Below are positions 35,779 through 49,622 of a DNA stretch of 64,000 nt, in pieces. Positions within the stretch are counted from its first letter, which is position 1, and each line of letters starts with the position of its first letter. The notes below the pieces were generated by a model, which was given only the letters and a program-made list of their open reading frames with translations, was not told the DNA's origin and did no database searches. The translations under genes and the position numbers were made by a program. Source of the stretch: Octopus vulgaris (taxonomy: Eukaryota); assembly GCA_951406725.2 (NCBI GenBank), contig OX597818.1:134974001-135038000 (forward strand). Reading direction: 5' to 3'.

Positions 35779-38700
35779 AGTGGTGTTGGTTAGCCCTAGA
35801 TCAACTCTGATCAAGAAAATCTATAATCAAAAGTGTTCCAGTCATGACCATCCCATCTATATTTCAGAAATAACAAACCCTTAACTGCATAATCTATAAT
35901 TGTGTCCTTTTTCTAAAACAGTAAAGTGTACTTTGAGGGAGATCTAATTACTACTTCTAACAGGCCAAACAACCATGTAGAGGCCTCTCTTACTGATCTA
36001 AGAATCAGTGAATGTATAGAGATGAAGTGGTGTCAAATGACAGTAAGGTGGTCTGAAGAGGGCCATTACATTGGGTAAAGCCTAAAAAACAAGAGGTAAG
36101 TTTTCTGGATTTAAGAAACAGTTTTTGGTTTCTGACTGATGGTTATGCAGTTAAAAAGTTACTGCTGCAATTGTGTGGTATCAGGTTCAATACCACAGTG
36201 TGGCACCTTAGGTAAGGGCTTCCTACCATAACCTCATGTCACCCAATGCTGTTTGGGTGGAATTTGGTAGACAGAAACTGTATGGAAGCTTGTCAGAGTG
36301 CCCATACTTTGTTCTTGGGTAGTAGATTTACTCTGTCACCAAGTTTAACACCACCACCTGGTTCATTCTGTTGTAAACATTTAGGCCACATCTTTGGTCT
36401 GAGGATAGCTTTCCTCCCACCCACATGTCTCAAAAAGTAGCCATAGCACAGTATGGCATTGTTTGAGGAAGATTATCAAAGACAGTCCAGCTGTGATCTT
36501 TCTGCCTTTATTTAGAGAAATGGCATTAATAATCCTTTCTATTATAGACACAAGGCCTGAAATTGTATGGGAAGGGGCTAGACATTTACATTGATCCCAG
36601 TACTTTACTGGTACATATTTTATCGACCCCAAGAGGGTGAAAGGCAAAATCAACCTTGGCAGAATTTGAACTCAGAACAAAAAATTGGAAGAAATACTAC
36701 TAAGCATTTTGTCCAATGCAGTAACATTTCTGTCAGCTTAATGCCTTATAAATGTCATTAATAATATAATTTATTCAGGACATCATCCTTAGTGATGAAA
36801 AATTCTTCTCTATTTACATTTTTGTTCAGTCAGATGGTTTATTCTTGGATGCGTGCATAGTACCAATTAAGATGTGAATGAGGAAGCTTTATTTGTAAAC
36901 TAAACATAATAATGTTCTGAGTTCAAGTCTAATTGCAGGATTATGTACACAACTGGAAATCAGACACATAAAGATGATAAGAGATTAACCAATTGTAAAT
37001 ATACAACTTAAAGACAAGCTTTGACAGTGCAGATATAAGTTAACATCTTATTAATATTTTGTTTCAATTAGAAGCATAATAGTTTTTCTGCAGCTTATCA
37101 TCCAGTGTGTCCTTTGATTTAAGGCAGTAAAAACGTGACTTAAGGGAGATTTTTTTGTTTGTTTTTACTACATAATCAGGGAGGAAAGGACAATACCTAT
37201 GACCTTTAATTTTTCAGAGCCTCTGTGAAACATATGATTCAGGGACAAAGTTATCTGCAAGCTAGAGACCTGCCTCAAAAACTTTCAGTAGGGTGAACTA
37301 CACTAAACCCACCCAAACACCACCAACAATAACTCAGAAGCAAAGAGCCAGTATAAATATTCTTTTCTACTCTAGGCACAAGGCCTAAAATTTTGGGGGA
37401 GGGGGCGAGTTGATTAGATCAACCCCAGTATGCAACTGGTACTTAATTTATTGCCCCCCCCCCATGAAAGGCAAAATTGACCTTGGCAGAATTTGAACTC
37501 AGAACGTAAAGACAGATGAAATACCACTAAGCATTTCACCCGGTGTGCTAACGTTTTCACCAGCTCGCAGCCTTAGCCAGTACAAATATTACAAGATATT
37601 GGTTGTGGTTAAGAATCTTGCTTCCCAACAAAGTGGCCTTGGGTTCAGTTCTACTGCACAGCACCACCTTGGACAAGTGTCTTTTCCCACCACCCCATGG
37701 CAACTCTGTCAAGTCACTGCCTATTTGGCAGTTGGATGTTATTTGGCTGTTATTTCTAGCAAACAACCATATACTGTCTTTCTTGTTGGCTTGTAGCTAA
37801 AGCAGTTGATACATTAGACATGATCAAAATAGTTCACAAAGAACAAAAGTCCAGTCCATTTGACATTCAAAAAATGACCATCACTGCTTCATGATTTCAC
37901 TATTGTTGTTGTTGTTGTATCAGTTACATAAGCCAAATTCTGTCTACTTCAACTAATACATCCTGTCGTAGAATTGTTAAATCATCATCATCATCATCAT
38001 TTAACATCTGCTTTTCTAAGTTTATTGAGGTAGATTTTTCTACGGCCAGGTTCCCTTCCTGTCACTAACCCTCACCACTTTCCAAGCAAAGCAATATTTT
38101 TTCACGACTAGGAGTGGTTGGCATTAGGAAGGGCATCCAGCTGTAGAAACATTGCCAGATAAGACTGGAGCTTGGTGCAGCCTTCTGGCTTCCCAGATCC
38201 CCGGTCGAACCGTCCAACCCATGCTAGCATGGAGAACGGACGTTAAACGATGATGATGATGATGATCCATCCATGACTCTGGATTGATATTTCCTTTATT
38301 GATCCTGAAAGCATGTAAGACAAAAGTTGATCATAAGAGTTTTGAACTCAGAATGCAAAGCGGAAAAACAAATACAGCATGGGGCTTTGTCCAGTGTTTT
38401 AGCAACTCTGTCAAGTCACTGCCTGTTTGGCTGTTGTTTCTAGCTGGTTATGTCACTATGTAGAGGCCCCCTTTATATCATCACTAAAGAGGTTACATTA
38501 GCCCTCTAATCAAACCTAACTGAATACATCTATGATCAAACATTTTCCAATTGTGACCAAGACATCTTGTATCCCGAAGCAGTGTATCTAGAAATACATT
38601 ATCCAATGTTTCCTTCTTTTTTTGAAGACAGTATTGAGCGATTTAAGGGCTAGTTGACAACTTTTTCTAGCAGATCAAGCAATTATGTAGATGCTATTGC

Positions 38701-40431
38701 ATTGGTTTGTGGGTGAAGAAGATGTTTAGCATCAGGTCAACCTTGATTAAGCAAACCTGCAAACAAAGGTGCTCCAACCATGATCATCCTGTCTTTTTAG
38801 GATAATATTAGTCCTTTTTAGGATTATATTTTCCAATGTTTCCTTTATTAAAGACAGTTGGATGTTATTTGGCTGTTATTTCTAGCAAACAACCATATAC
38901 TGTCTTTCTTGTTGGCTTGTAGCTAAAGCAGTTGATACATTAGACATGATCAAAATAGTTTACAAAGAACAAAAATCCAGTCCATTTGACATTCAAAAAA
39001 TGACCATCACTGCTTCATGATTTCACTATTATTGTTGTTGTTGTTGTATCAGTTACATAGCCAAATTCTGTCTACTTCAGCTAATACATCCTTGTACATG
39101 TCTGAACATTAAGGGACGTCTCAACTCCCTGACACAACATACTGTTCTCTTATGTCCCTTACACTTTTACAAGATCCCATATGAAGCTTGCCTTAAGGTC
39201 CTCCTTGCCACATGGTGACAGTAACAACTCCACATAATTCAATTGTGATGGGTGTGTACTAAAAATACATGTTAAACTAACATTGTCACTTGTCATGCCT
39301 CACCAACTGATGGACGGAAAACCTTCCTCTAAGCAAATATCTCTCTCACTCTCCTTCCACACCATTTTCTGGTAGCAGCAGTGTTTACATTGGAACATCA
39401 CAGGTTGTATGAGTGTGTGTACGTGTGTGTGTAGAGAGAGATACAAATATAAATATATACAAGCATACATACACACACGTGTATGTGTGTATGAGTATAT
39501 TTGTGTAAGTAATTTGTGTATAAATGTCTCATATATTAAGTGTATGCTAGTATGTGTCTGTGGGGTGTGAGAGAGAGAGAGAAAAGAAAGTGGTTATACA
39601 TCACAGGTTGTGTGTGCGTTAGCATGTAAATGGGTGTGTAAGTGTTTGAGTTTTAGTGTATGCATGAGTGTAAGGGTTTTATATGAGTGAATATAAGCAT
39701 ACGTGTATGTATGTATGTTAGTGTACTTATATGGAGATGAAATAAGGCATGGGAATAAGGAAATGCTACGAAATGAACTAAATACTAATTAATAACAACA
39801 TAAATGTATGTGACAGTATTTGGAAGGATGTATGGAAGAATACATGCCATTGGGTACATAGAAAGTGTATCACACACACACACACACACACACACATATG
39901 TATGCACACAGAAGTAATATTTACATGTGTGTATGTGTGTATGTGTATCTATACCTATATATATATATGCAAAAGAATATATGTATCATATGTAAATGTG
40001 TGTGTGTATGTAGTTTAAAATCAAATAGCATTATTAATCATTAGAGATTATAGTAGCCTGTCTAAATAGTCCCTTGGGGATGTTTTTGTCTGCTTTATCT
40101 GTCTGTCTTTCTCACCCTCACATTGTCTCTAACTTTCTGTCTGTCTCTCTCACTATTATACACACACACACACACACACACATATATAGGCATCTCTCTG
40201 TCTCTCTCAAGAGAAGTAAGTTTCTTAGGACAGGAAAGAATGGAGATTGAAGATAGTTTGATACAGAAAATTATTTGGTTATTTTATTTGAGAGAAGATA
40301 GGGATGGATAATTTTTGGAGGCAGAAAATTGTGAGAGAGAGAGAGAGAGAGAGAGAGGTAAAGTATGTAGTGAACCGTTATAATAACCTGAAATGGAATC
40401 ATTTAAAGACAAAGTAAAGAAGTTCATGTAA

Positions 40432-40827
40432 TCTTCATATATAAAAGTCAAGTTGTGTGTCTGTCTCCTACAATTTAGATTCCTAACTACTCCCACATTT
40501 TGCGGTGCAGTTTAACCAAAACCGGGTATCTTATAGTTGGGATTCATATCGAGCCCTTCTGGGTATTAGCGCGCATCTACGATGAGTCTACGATTTAAAA
40601 AAAAATTTACCATAATTTTTTTCCATTTTAATGCATTTTTTCGCTATTATATAAGGGAAGTAACTCTCTAAAAATGTCTATGATGAGTCAACGATTTAAA
40701 AAAAAATTTACCATCATTTTTTTCTATTTTTAATGCATTTTTTGCTATTTTTTGGCTATAACTCTCTAAAAATGCTTATATAGTTATTTCCCTTACAAAC
40801 CCGAGCAACGCCGGGTGATACTGCTAG
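40432..40827 (+). mobile_element. Non-autonomous Helitron (same family, opposite orientation)
   Basis: a|TCTTCATATATAAAAG...CCCGAGCAACGCCGGGTGATACTGCTAG|t. Confidence 0.85.
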
Positions 40828-41309
40828 TATTCTATAAGACCAAAGAACATAACTGAAATATTAAACATTTAACAAAGATCTTCCAATGAAATTTTTCCTC
40901 TCTCAATGGAGAAATATTTGATATGATAGTCATAGTTTTTCTTTTTTAATTCGAATGCATTTTTATATTTTATAAAATAAGATATATTGATGTTGCTTTT
41001 AGACCAAAGTCAGTCTTAATCAAGCAGACCATATAGTCAAAGATGTTCCAGCTGCAAACATCCTACTTTTTATAACTACTACATTATTCAATGTTGTCTC
41101 TTTTTTCTCTTTTTCTAAGATGACAGGATGTGATACGAGGAAAATTTGGTTGTTATTTCCAACAAGTTGAGTGACTGTACAGATGGTCCCTCATTGGCTT
41201 GTAAAAGGTTAGTTTGCAAGAGATAAGAAGTGAGTTTTAATGTTTCAGGGAGCAGGGCAACTGGTGTATTCTTAGGTATTATGTTACATTATACCTAAGT
41301 AAGAACAGA

Positions 41310-41980
41310 ACAGAAGCTCATTCTGGAAAGGTAGAAAATCATTCTAGAAGAGCAGAAGGTCATTCTAGAAGAGCAGAATGTCATTCTAGAAGAGCAGAAT
41401 GTCATTCTAGAAGAGCAGAAGGTCATTCTAGAAGAGCAGAATGTCATTCTAGAAGAGCAGAAGATCATTCTAGAAGAGCAGAAGGTCATTCTAGAAGAGC
41501 AGAAGATCATTCTAGAAGAGCAGAAGATCATTCTAGAAGAGCAGAAGATCATTCTAGAAGAGCAGAAGATCATTCTCGAAGAGAAGAAGATCATTCTAGA
41601 AGAGCAGAAGATCATTCTAGAAGAGCAGAAGATCATTCTAGAAGAGCAGAAGATCATTCTAGAAGAGCAGAAGATCATTCTAGAAGAGCAGAAGATCATT
41701 CTAGAAGAGCAGAAGATCATTCTAGAAGAGAAGAAGATCATTCTAGAAGAGCAGAAGATCATTCTAGAAGAGCAGAAGATCATTCTCGAAGAGAAGAAGA
41801 TCATTCTAGAAGAGCAGAAGATCATTCTAGAAGAGCAGAAGATCATTCTAGAAGAGCAGAAGATCATTCTAGAAGAGCAGAAGATCATTCTAGAAGAGAA
41901 GAAGATCATTCTAGAAGAGCAGAAGATCATTCTAGAAGAGCAGAAGATCATTCTAGAAGAGCAGAAGATCATTCTGGAAT
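41310..41980. repeat. Minisatellite, 21-nt unit, about 31 copies
   Basis: gatcattctagaagagcagaa repeated with few variants. Confidence 0.97.
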
Positions 41981-42586
41981 AACAGTAGCTAATTATAGGA
42001 GAGAAGTAGATCACTATAAGATTATTCTTAGGCCATCTAAAGTAAATGCCTTGTCAAGGATTGATATATGTAATCCTGAAGAAGAAATCTTTAGAAAGCC
42101 ATTTCAGTCACAGAATGGAGCAAAAATATCTAAAGAAAAGCCAACAGTGTTGAAGTACACAGTGTGCAAAATGTTTGAAGTTGGGTGTTGTTCCTGAAAA
42201 TTGGAGTTACAGAAAGATCTTTCTTTAAGATAAGTTAACAGTTGTAGTTTTCTATTATTACACATAACTGATGCCTTTAATGCAAACAGAGTTATTTACA
42301 CAAATAACTGCCACCCAACCATCTTTTTTTTTTATAATGTGAATGCCAAAGAAACATTGCTGACATTGTTGAAGTAAAGATAAATACTTCAGTAACAAAA
42401 AACAAAACAAACAAACCATTTGTAAAATGTTTATAATCAGAGATAACAGAATCAGTGAATGTTGAAATAGTAACAAAGTGAAAGGTAGCTAATAAGCTTT
42501 AATAAGTTACCACTCTAGGTAACAGTGGTTAACTTATTAAAAATAACCAACATTTACAAATTTTGTGATTAATTAATAATTTCATA

Positions 42587-42955
42587 TAGGTGCAGAAATG
42601 GCTGCATGGTTAGGAAACTCTGTTTGCAATCACAAGGTTTTGGGCTCAGTCTCACTGTGCAGCACCTAGAGTAGGTGTCTTCTGCTATAGCCCTGAGCCA
42701 ACTAATACCTTGTGAGTGAATATGGAAGATGGAGATTGTGTGGAAGCCACTGTGTGTGTGTGTGTGTGTTTGTGTCTGCTCTACCTCCAGCACTTGACCA
42801 GTGTTGGTTTGTTTATATCCCCATAGCTTAGTAGTTTGGCAAAAGACTGATAGAATAAGTACCAGACTTATAAATAAGCACTGGGATCAATTCGGTTTAC
42901 TAAACCATTCAAGGTGGTGCCCCAGCATGGCCACAATACCATGACTGAAACAGAT
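42587..42955 (+). mobile_element. Diverged SINE family A
   Basis: Degenerate head, (TG)n middle and tail motif. Confidence 0.7.
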
Positions 42956-43203
42956 AATGCCAGATTGCCATGCTTCAGGAGCTGAAGATACACTCCATCC
43001 ATACCAACACATGAAATAAGTGAAGATAACGACTGATGGAGATGATGCTCAAAGATCTGTTAAATTTATTTTTCAATGAGTATATAAGTAGTCATCTATG
43101 TATCATACTTAATGTACAGACACCATCAACAGTCAAGTTATTGCAGTTTTCTTCCAAGAAAATTTCTTATGGATGTGCTGATTTTAGATACACAATATAT
43201 ATC

Positions 43204-43250
<47 letters not shown>

Positions 43251-43767
43251 CTAAAAAATCATCCCAAAAGTAGCTATTAAGAATGCCAGCTATTCATTGA
43301 ATACAGTAGGTGCTGATTTACAATGAGAATAATAAAATAACCATCGATGTGTTGCAGATATTTGAAATTTCTTAACATTGGAATTATTTCCATACATTAA
43401 CTATATATTTACAAAGTCAATCTATGGTCTAGTAGTATACTTAGGATCATGATCCACTGAGGTCTAATAAGACTGAAACAGGTCCCTGAGTTGCAGCACA
43501 AACTAACAAATTCCATTTGCAAGCACAATGTTGTGAAGCAAACTTCTTAATTACACAGCCTTGGCATAACCTCTACAACAAAATGGGAAGTGGGAACATT
43601 TTTCAATATTATACACCATTTGTTACAATATTTCCAGAATTTTCAACTCTAATATGTACCTCACATCAATACAGTAACTAAAAACTGGATTGTAATTCTG
43701 GAATAAGCAGATGTGTTTCAAGAGGGCACTGCTTGAATTTTACCCAACCTACATTATATATATATAT

Positions 43768-44060
43768 TATGTTGGGGCGACGTCATTTAACCCTATTATC
43801 TCCCCTAATTTCGCTCTTGCGTCTCACGTTTGATCTTTGACTTCTGGCCGAAATCAGATCGCCATGTTGATTCGCTAGCCTCTGCACGCATTTTTTTTCT
43901 CTCCTTGTTTCTTTTCTGTGTATCTTTCTGTTGAAGAGCGTAGGTTCGAAACGTAAAAGACTTGTTTTATTTATATTCCTGAGCGCCATACTAATACAAT
44001 TGTTTGTTTGTATTCCACCTGCCTTCGTCTTTTGTTTATTTTCATAAAGCTTCCCGTTAT
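43768..44060 (+). mobile_element. Penelope-like terminal-repeat fragment
   Basis: CpG-containing island between (TA)n tracts that carries a minimal hammerhead motif typical of PLE pseudo-LTRs. Confidence 0.55.
43923..43960 (+). ncRNA. Minimal type-I hammerhead ribozyme-like motif (variant core)
   Basis: TCTTT-CTGTTGA-A-GAGC(GTAG)GTTC-GAAA-CG-TA-AAAGA: stems I and II pair, palindromic ACGT stem III; core is CUGUUGA instead of CUGANGA. Confidence 0.6.
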
Positions 44061-45954
44061 ATATATATGTCATCATCATCACTTATACACACCACACATT
44101 TTATATACTTATACATTCACAAGAATAAGGAATTTTAAGTGTTTTCAGTTGAACTTTTTTGTAATGTTTCTAATAATGAAGAAATAATTTAGAAAGCAGA
44201 AATTGTAATTGAAAATCAAATTTGAATGCAGTATAAATGTGAAACTCAAGTTTCACATTTGTACTGCAAAAATGCTCAAATTATTTAAAAATCAAATTTG
44301 ATTTTGTTTCTCTTTCACATTTCACCTTCTTTCCGACTCAAAAGATAATATTTTAGTTTTACCAATTTGGAATATAAAAAGAAAACAATTGGTATAAAAA
44401 TCTTAATCCTTGTATGTGTGTGTGTGTATTTGATTGTGCAGACTTATGGTCAAAAGCACTCCTGCCATGACCGGCCTTTATTATTATTATTTTTTTTTGT
44501 AAATCTAGGACTACACTAAGCAATGTATCCAATCTATTTTAAAATGGTAGGGTGTGATTTGAGGGAATTTAGCTGCTATTTCCAACAGGTCTAATAATAG
44601 CAAAGAAGTTCCATTGGTATGTGTGTATGTGAGAAAGACAGAGAGAGAGAAAAACAGAGAAGAGAGAGAATATGTGTGTGTACGTGTGTGTGTGTGTGTG
44701 TGTGTATGCACACATATGTATGTATGTATGTAAAATAAACATAGATACATATTCCTTTAAAATGGGTGTATATGTACGAGTGCTACAATGGTGATGTTTG
44801 TATTCCTGATATGATGTGTGTGCAGGGATGGGGTGGTGGTAGTTCTTCTGTTATAAAGTTGTTTCCATGGTTATCTGGTTTGTTTAAACCTCATTCATGT
44901 AATATAATTTTCAGTAATACAGCAGCAGAATGATAGAAGCTGCAGAATAGCAGGCGAAATGCCTTTAGTTCTATTCTTCTATGTTCTGAGTTCAAATCCC
45001 ACTGAAGTCGATGATTTATAAACCAGTCACATATTTAATTTAATTTAATTTAGCCAACAATCTATCTCCTTTACAAATTATGCATCAAGTTCCTCTATAA
45101 CAAACCAATCAGCACTGCATGAACTGACATATGTTAACTTCTGCCAGAATGGAAGAATGGAAGAATTAATAAAGTGGAGGAATTGGTAGAATTAGTAAAA
45201 TGGTAGATTTGGTAAGAGTTTCAGAACTTTCATATTCTGCAATTTAAATGCTACTGAAGCCAACTTTGTTTTCCTTCCTTCCAAGGACAATAAAATAAAG
45301 TACAAGTCTTATATGGAGACTTCACAAAAATGCTGTCACCATCACTACCATGTGTGTGTGTGTGTGTGGCTTTCTATGTATGTTAGGAATCAATATGTCA
45401 ATACTTTTGCAATAATTTGCGTATAGTTACTAATTTATAATCTTGACTAATGATTCAGTTTCCTCTTGCATTTAACAATTTCCTGATCATGCTTCTGGCA
45501 AAAGGTTCTACCATTCCATGTTGCAGTTACTGTATTTGATGATATACAAGATATGCTATTTTTCTAGAAAAATGCTTCAAAAATTACCCTTGAGTCCTAT
45601 ATGCAAAATTTGACTTATTTTAGATACTTTGTTTAACACTTTGCCTACCATGAGAGTCACTAGTAACATCCCATGCTATATTCTTAATATACCACAGGAG
45701 TCACCAATGACTCCCAGTGGTGCTGGTTTTTTTTTTGGTTTTTTTTTCATGGAGCTTCACATTACTGTGGTTCAAGCTACAATATTTGAATTTTAGAAAA
45801 TGTACAGAAGACAGATATCCGTAGGGTGCTTCATAAAAGTTTTATTTAAAAAAGAAATGGTATTAAGGCTTATATGACATAATCTGAAATTTAATCAGCA
45901 GAAAAAAAAGGCATAAATAAAAAAATTCTATAAAGAGAGTTTTTTAATTAATTT

Positions 45955-46330
45955 TTTAACTTGTTCCAGTCGTTAGACTACCTTGAAGAATTTTAGTGGA
46001 ATGAAATGACTCCAGTATTTTTTGATTTTTTAAAGTTTGATACTTATACTGTTGATCCCTTTTGCTGAACCACTAAGTTATGGGGGATGTAAACACACCA
46101 ACACCAGTTGTCAAGCAATGGGGTGGAGGAGATACAAACAAAAAGACACAGACACACATAAATATAATATATAGAGATATATATGATGGACTTCTTTCAG
46201 TTTCCATCTACCAAATCCACTCACAAGGCTTTGGTTGGCTCAGCGCTTATAGAAGAAGAGATCTTCCCAAGGTGCCACAAAGTGGGACTAAACCCGGAAC
46301 CATGTGGTTGGGAAGCAACCTTCTTACCAG
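45955..46330 (-). mobile_element. Diverged SINE family A
   Basis: ctttcagtttccatctaccaaatccactcacaaggc core. Confidence 0.75.
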
Positions 46331-46454
46331 AAACACAGTTTTTAATGTGTGTCACTGACAAATACAGAATGAATATATTTATTTTGTACTGTGCTATAAA
46401 TTAAATGTGGTAGTTTATTTAGGGAACTAGAACATATATATCTTTATATATAAA

Positions 46455-46700
46455 TATATTGTATAGAGGGCATTATTACACATAAATGCCACACGCTAAG
46501 AGGGACATAAGTCATTACTACCAAAATTTAACTAATCATACCTAATGCAGCTCCCGAAGCAAGACATTTAAAAATTCAGTTTTTTAAATGTCTTGCTTCG
46601 GGAGCTGCATTAGGTATGATTAGTTAAATTTTGGTAGTAATGACTTATGTCCCTCTTAGCATGTGGCATTTATGTGTAATAATGCCCTCTATACAATATA
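46455..46700. repeat. Long inverted repeat, 120-bp arms, 6-nt loop
   Basis: 46455-46574 is the reverse complement of 46581-46700 with one mismatch seen. Confidence 0.95.
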
Positions 46701-46818
46701 AATAAATATTTTCAAGTGAAAAAAATTATTTTCGAATTTTTTCTCTAATGAGGTTTTTCACGCTAACTACCTGATAATTTCTTGTTAAGATTCCTTATTA
46801 AGATTTTATCCTTAATTG

Positions 46819-46848
<30 letters not shown>

Positions 46849-46851
<3 letters not shown>

Positions 46852-47255
46852 CGCAGGACTGGCTGTGTGGTAAGTAGCTTGCTAACCAACCACATGGTTC
46901 CGGGTTCAGTCCCACTGCGTGGCATCTTGGGCAAGTGTCTTCTGCTATAGCCCCAGGCCGACCAATGCCTTGTGAGTGGATTTGGTAGACGGAAACTGAA
47001 AGAAGCCTGTCGTATATATGTATATATATATATAAGTGTGTGTATGTGTTTGTGTGTATGTGTTTGTCCCTCTAGCATTGCTTGACAACCGATGCTGGTG
47101 TGTTTACGTCCCCGTCACTTAGCGGTTCGGCAAAAGAGATCAATAGAATAAGTACTGGGCTTACAAAGAATAAGTCCCGGGTCGATTTGCTCGACTAAAG
47201 GCGGTGCTCAGCATGGCCGCAGTCAAATGACTGAAACAAGTAAAAGAGTAAAAGA

Positions 47256-47256
<1 letters not shown>
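46849..47256 (+). mobile_element. SINE family A
   Basis: Full-length, inserted in (TA)n. Confidence 0.9.
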
Positions 47257-47288
<32 letters not shown>

Positions 47289-47784
47289 AGAGAGAGAAAT
47301 ATTTAAAAAAAGCATAATTCTTAACAAAATGAGACTACTAGTGCAAAAGAAAATATGGCACAAAATAGGCTTGGTAGACAAAGTGTCAATGCACTAATAC
47401 ACTAAAAGCTTTTTTTCCTGAATATGCTCTGCTGAAATTGGGATGCATCAAATATGCCCATGCATTTTTTATCCTATCAAATACAGTAATTGCAGAAATA
47501 ATCAAGAATTTAGAGGAACTTAGTGAGTAAAGTGACCAATAAGTAAAGTCATCAATAAGCTGGAGTTTGGAAGATAATTCATCAAAAGATTCATGATTTA
47601 AAAATAGGCATTTTTAAACAGGGTCTTTTTAAAATTACAGAACAAGAAGTAATGTCTTTGGTGGATTGCTACCAAAAGGGTTAAACACAGTCATCAGCTT
47701 GTTCTCTAGTCAGTAATATTAGGTGTGGCAGTTTTGACTAATTCCACAATGTTCTATATAATCACATCGTTTTTCTGTGGCTTT

Positions 47785-47935
47785 GTTATTGTTGTTGTTG
47801 TTGTAGTAGTAGTAGTAGCAGTAACAGTAATAGTTGTAGCAGCAGTAGTAGTAGTGGTAGCAGCAGTAGTAGTAGTAGTAGTGGTGGTGGTGGTGGTGGT
47901 GGTGGTAGTTGCAGGAGCCAGTAGCAGTGGCAGTG
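47785..47935. repeat. Compound trinucleotide repeat (GTT/GTA/GCA/GTG)
   Basis: Direct inspection. Confidence 0.9.
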
Positions 47936-48211
47936 AGCTGTATACTTCTAGCCATTTCCCAATGTTACATCTGTTAGCTTTAACTATCTTTGTAAATAAG
48001 TCACAACAGGCGCTTGAAACTTATGGGCAAAATATGGAAAATGCATTAACATTATTTTCTCATCTTACTTTTTATCTTAAAAAAAAAAAAAATTTGGTCA
48101 GTGTTGAGCACAAAATTTGTTATGAGCCCAGAAAAGACAATGCAAAGCCATTCTAATGTATCTATTCTGGAGAATATACACTTTGGTACTTTGAAATAGT
48201 CCAACAGTAAT

Positions 48212-48599
48212 GGATGGAAGCACTCCGTCGGTTACGACGACGAGGGTTCCGGTTGATCCGATCAACGGAACAGCCTGCTCGTGAAATTAACGTGTAAGTG
48301 GCTGAGAATTCCACAGACACGTGTACCCTTAACGTAGTTCTCGGGGATATTCAGCGTGACACAGAGAGTGACAAGGCCGGCCCCTTGAAATACAGGTACA
48401 ACAGAAACAGGAAGCAAGAGTGAGAGAAAGTTGTGGTGAAAGAGTACAGCAGGGATCACCACCACCCCCTGCCGGAGCATCGTGGAGCTTTTAGGTGTTT
48501 TCGCTCAATAAACACTCACAATGCCCGGTCTGGGAATCGAAACCGCGATCCTACGACCGCGAGTCCGCTGCCCTAACCACTGGGCCATTGTGCCTCCAC
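48212..48599 (-). mobile_element. SINE family B with TSD
   Basis: TSD tccaacagtaat (48200-48211 / 48600-48611). Confidence 0.92.
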
Positions 48600-49032
48600 T
48601 CCAACAGTAATAGACATTCATTGATAGATAGCACTCATATAGCATCAATTAGATAAAGGACATGCAATTCACTATTTATCAAACGTGTGTACAATATGAA
48701 TTATGAATGATTAGGAGGTGGTCCAGGCATTGGAATTAATCATAATGTATGACAGGTACTTTTGTTATCAACTTTTATGAAAGCAGCCACTACTAGCAGG
48801 ATTCATATTTGATACTGCAGTCTCTGAAACATAGCTAAATATTGTATGACACTTATCTCCTTGCACAATGAGACATTTACAGATAAGAAGATTGAGATTA
48901 TGTGACATAGAAGCCTTTCTTAAGGTCATTAACAACATAAGTGAAGTCTAATATAATTCCTTTCACATGGAGGATGCATTATAGAAATATAAAGTAACCT
49001 TGCCAGTACCTGAAGTAAGACATCATTTGTTT

Positions 49033-49064
<32 letters not shown>

Positions 49065-49207
49065 TATACATATATATATATATACACATATATATATATA
49101 CACACACACACATATACATATATATATATATATACACATATATATATATATACACACACACACATATATATATATATATACATACATACATATATATATA
49201 TATACAC

Positions 49208-49238
<31 letters not shown>

Positions 49239-49529
49239 CATACATACATATATATATATACACACACACACATATATATATATATATACATACATACATA
49301 TATATATACACACACACATATATATATATATATATACATACATACATATATATATATATACACACACACATATATATATATACACACACACACACATATA
49401 TATATACACACACACACACACACATATATATATACATACATATATATATACACACATATATATATATATACACACATATATATATATATACACACACATA
49501 TATATATATATACACACATATATATATAT

Positions 49530-49620
<91 letters not shown>
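49033..49620. repeat. (TA)n/(CA)n/(GA)n compound microsatellite
   Basis: Direct inspection; source of several spurious ORFs. Confidence 0.97.

Positions 49621-49622
<2 letters not shown>

Noticed and set aside
47719-48156. Poly-Val / poly-His-Tyr ORFs
   Set aside because: Trinucleotide repeat with no splice or homology support
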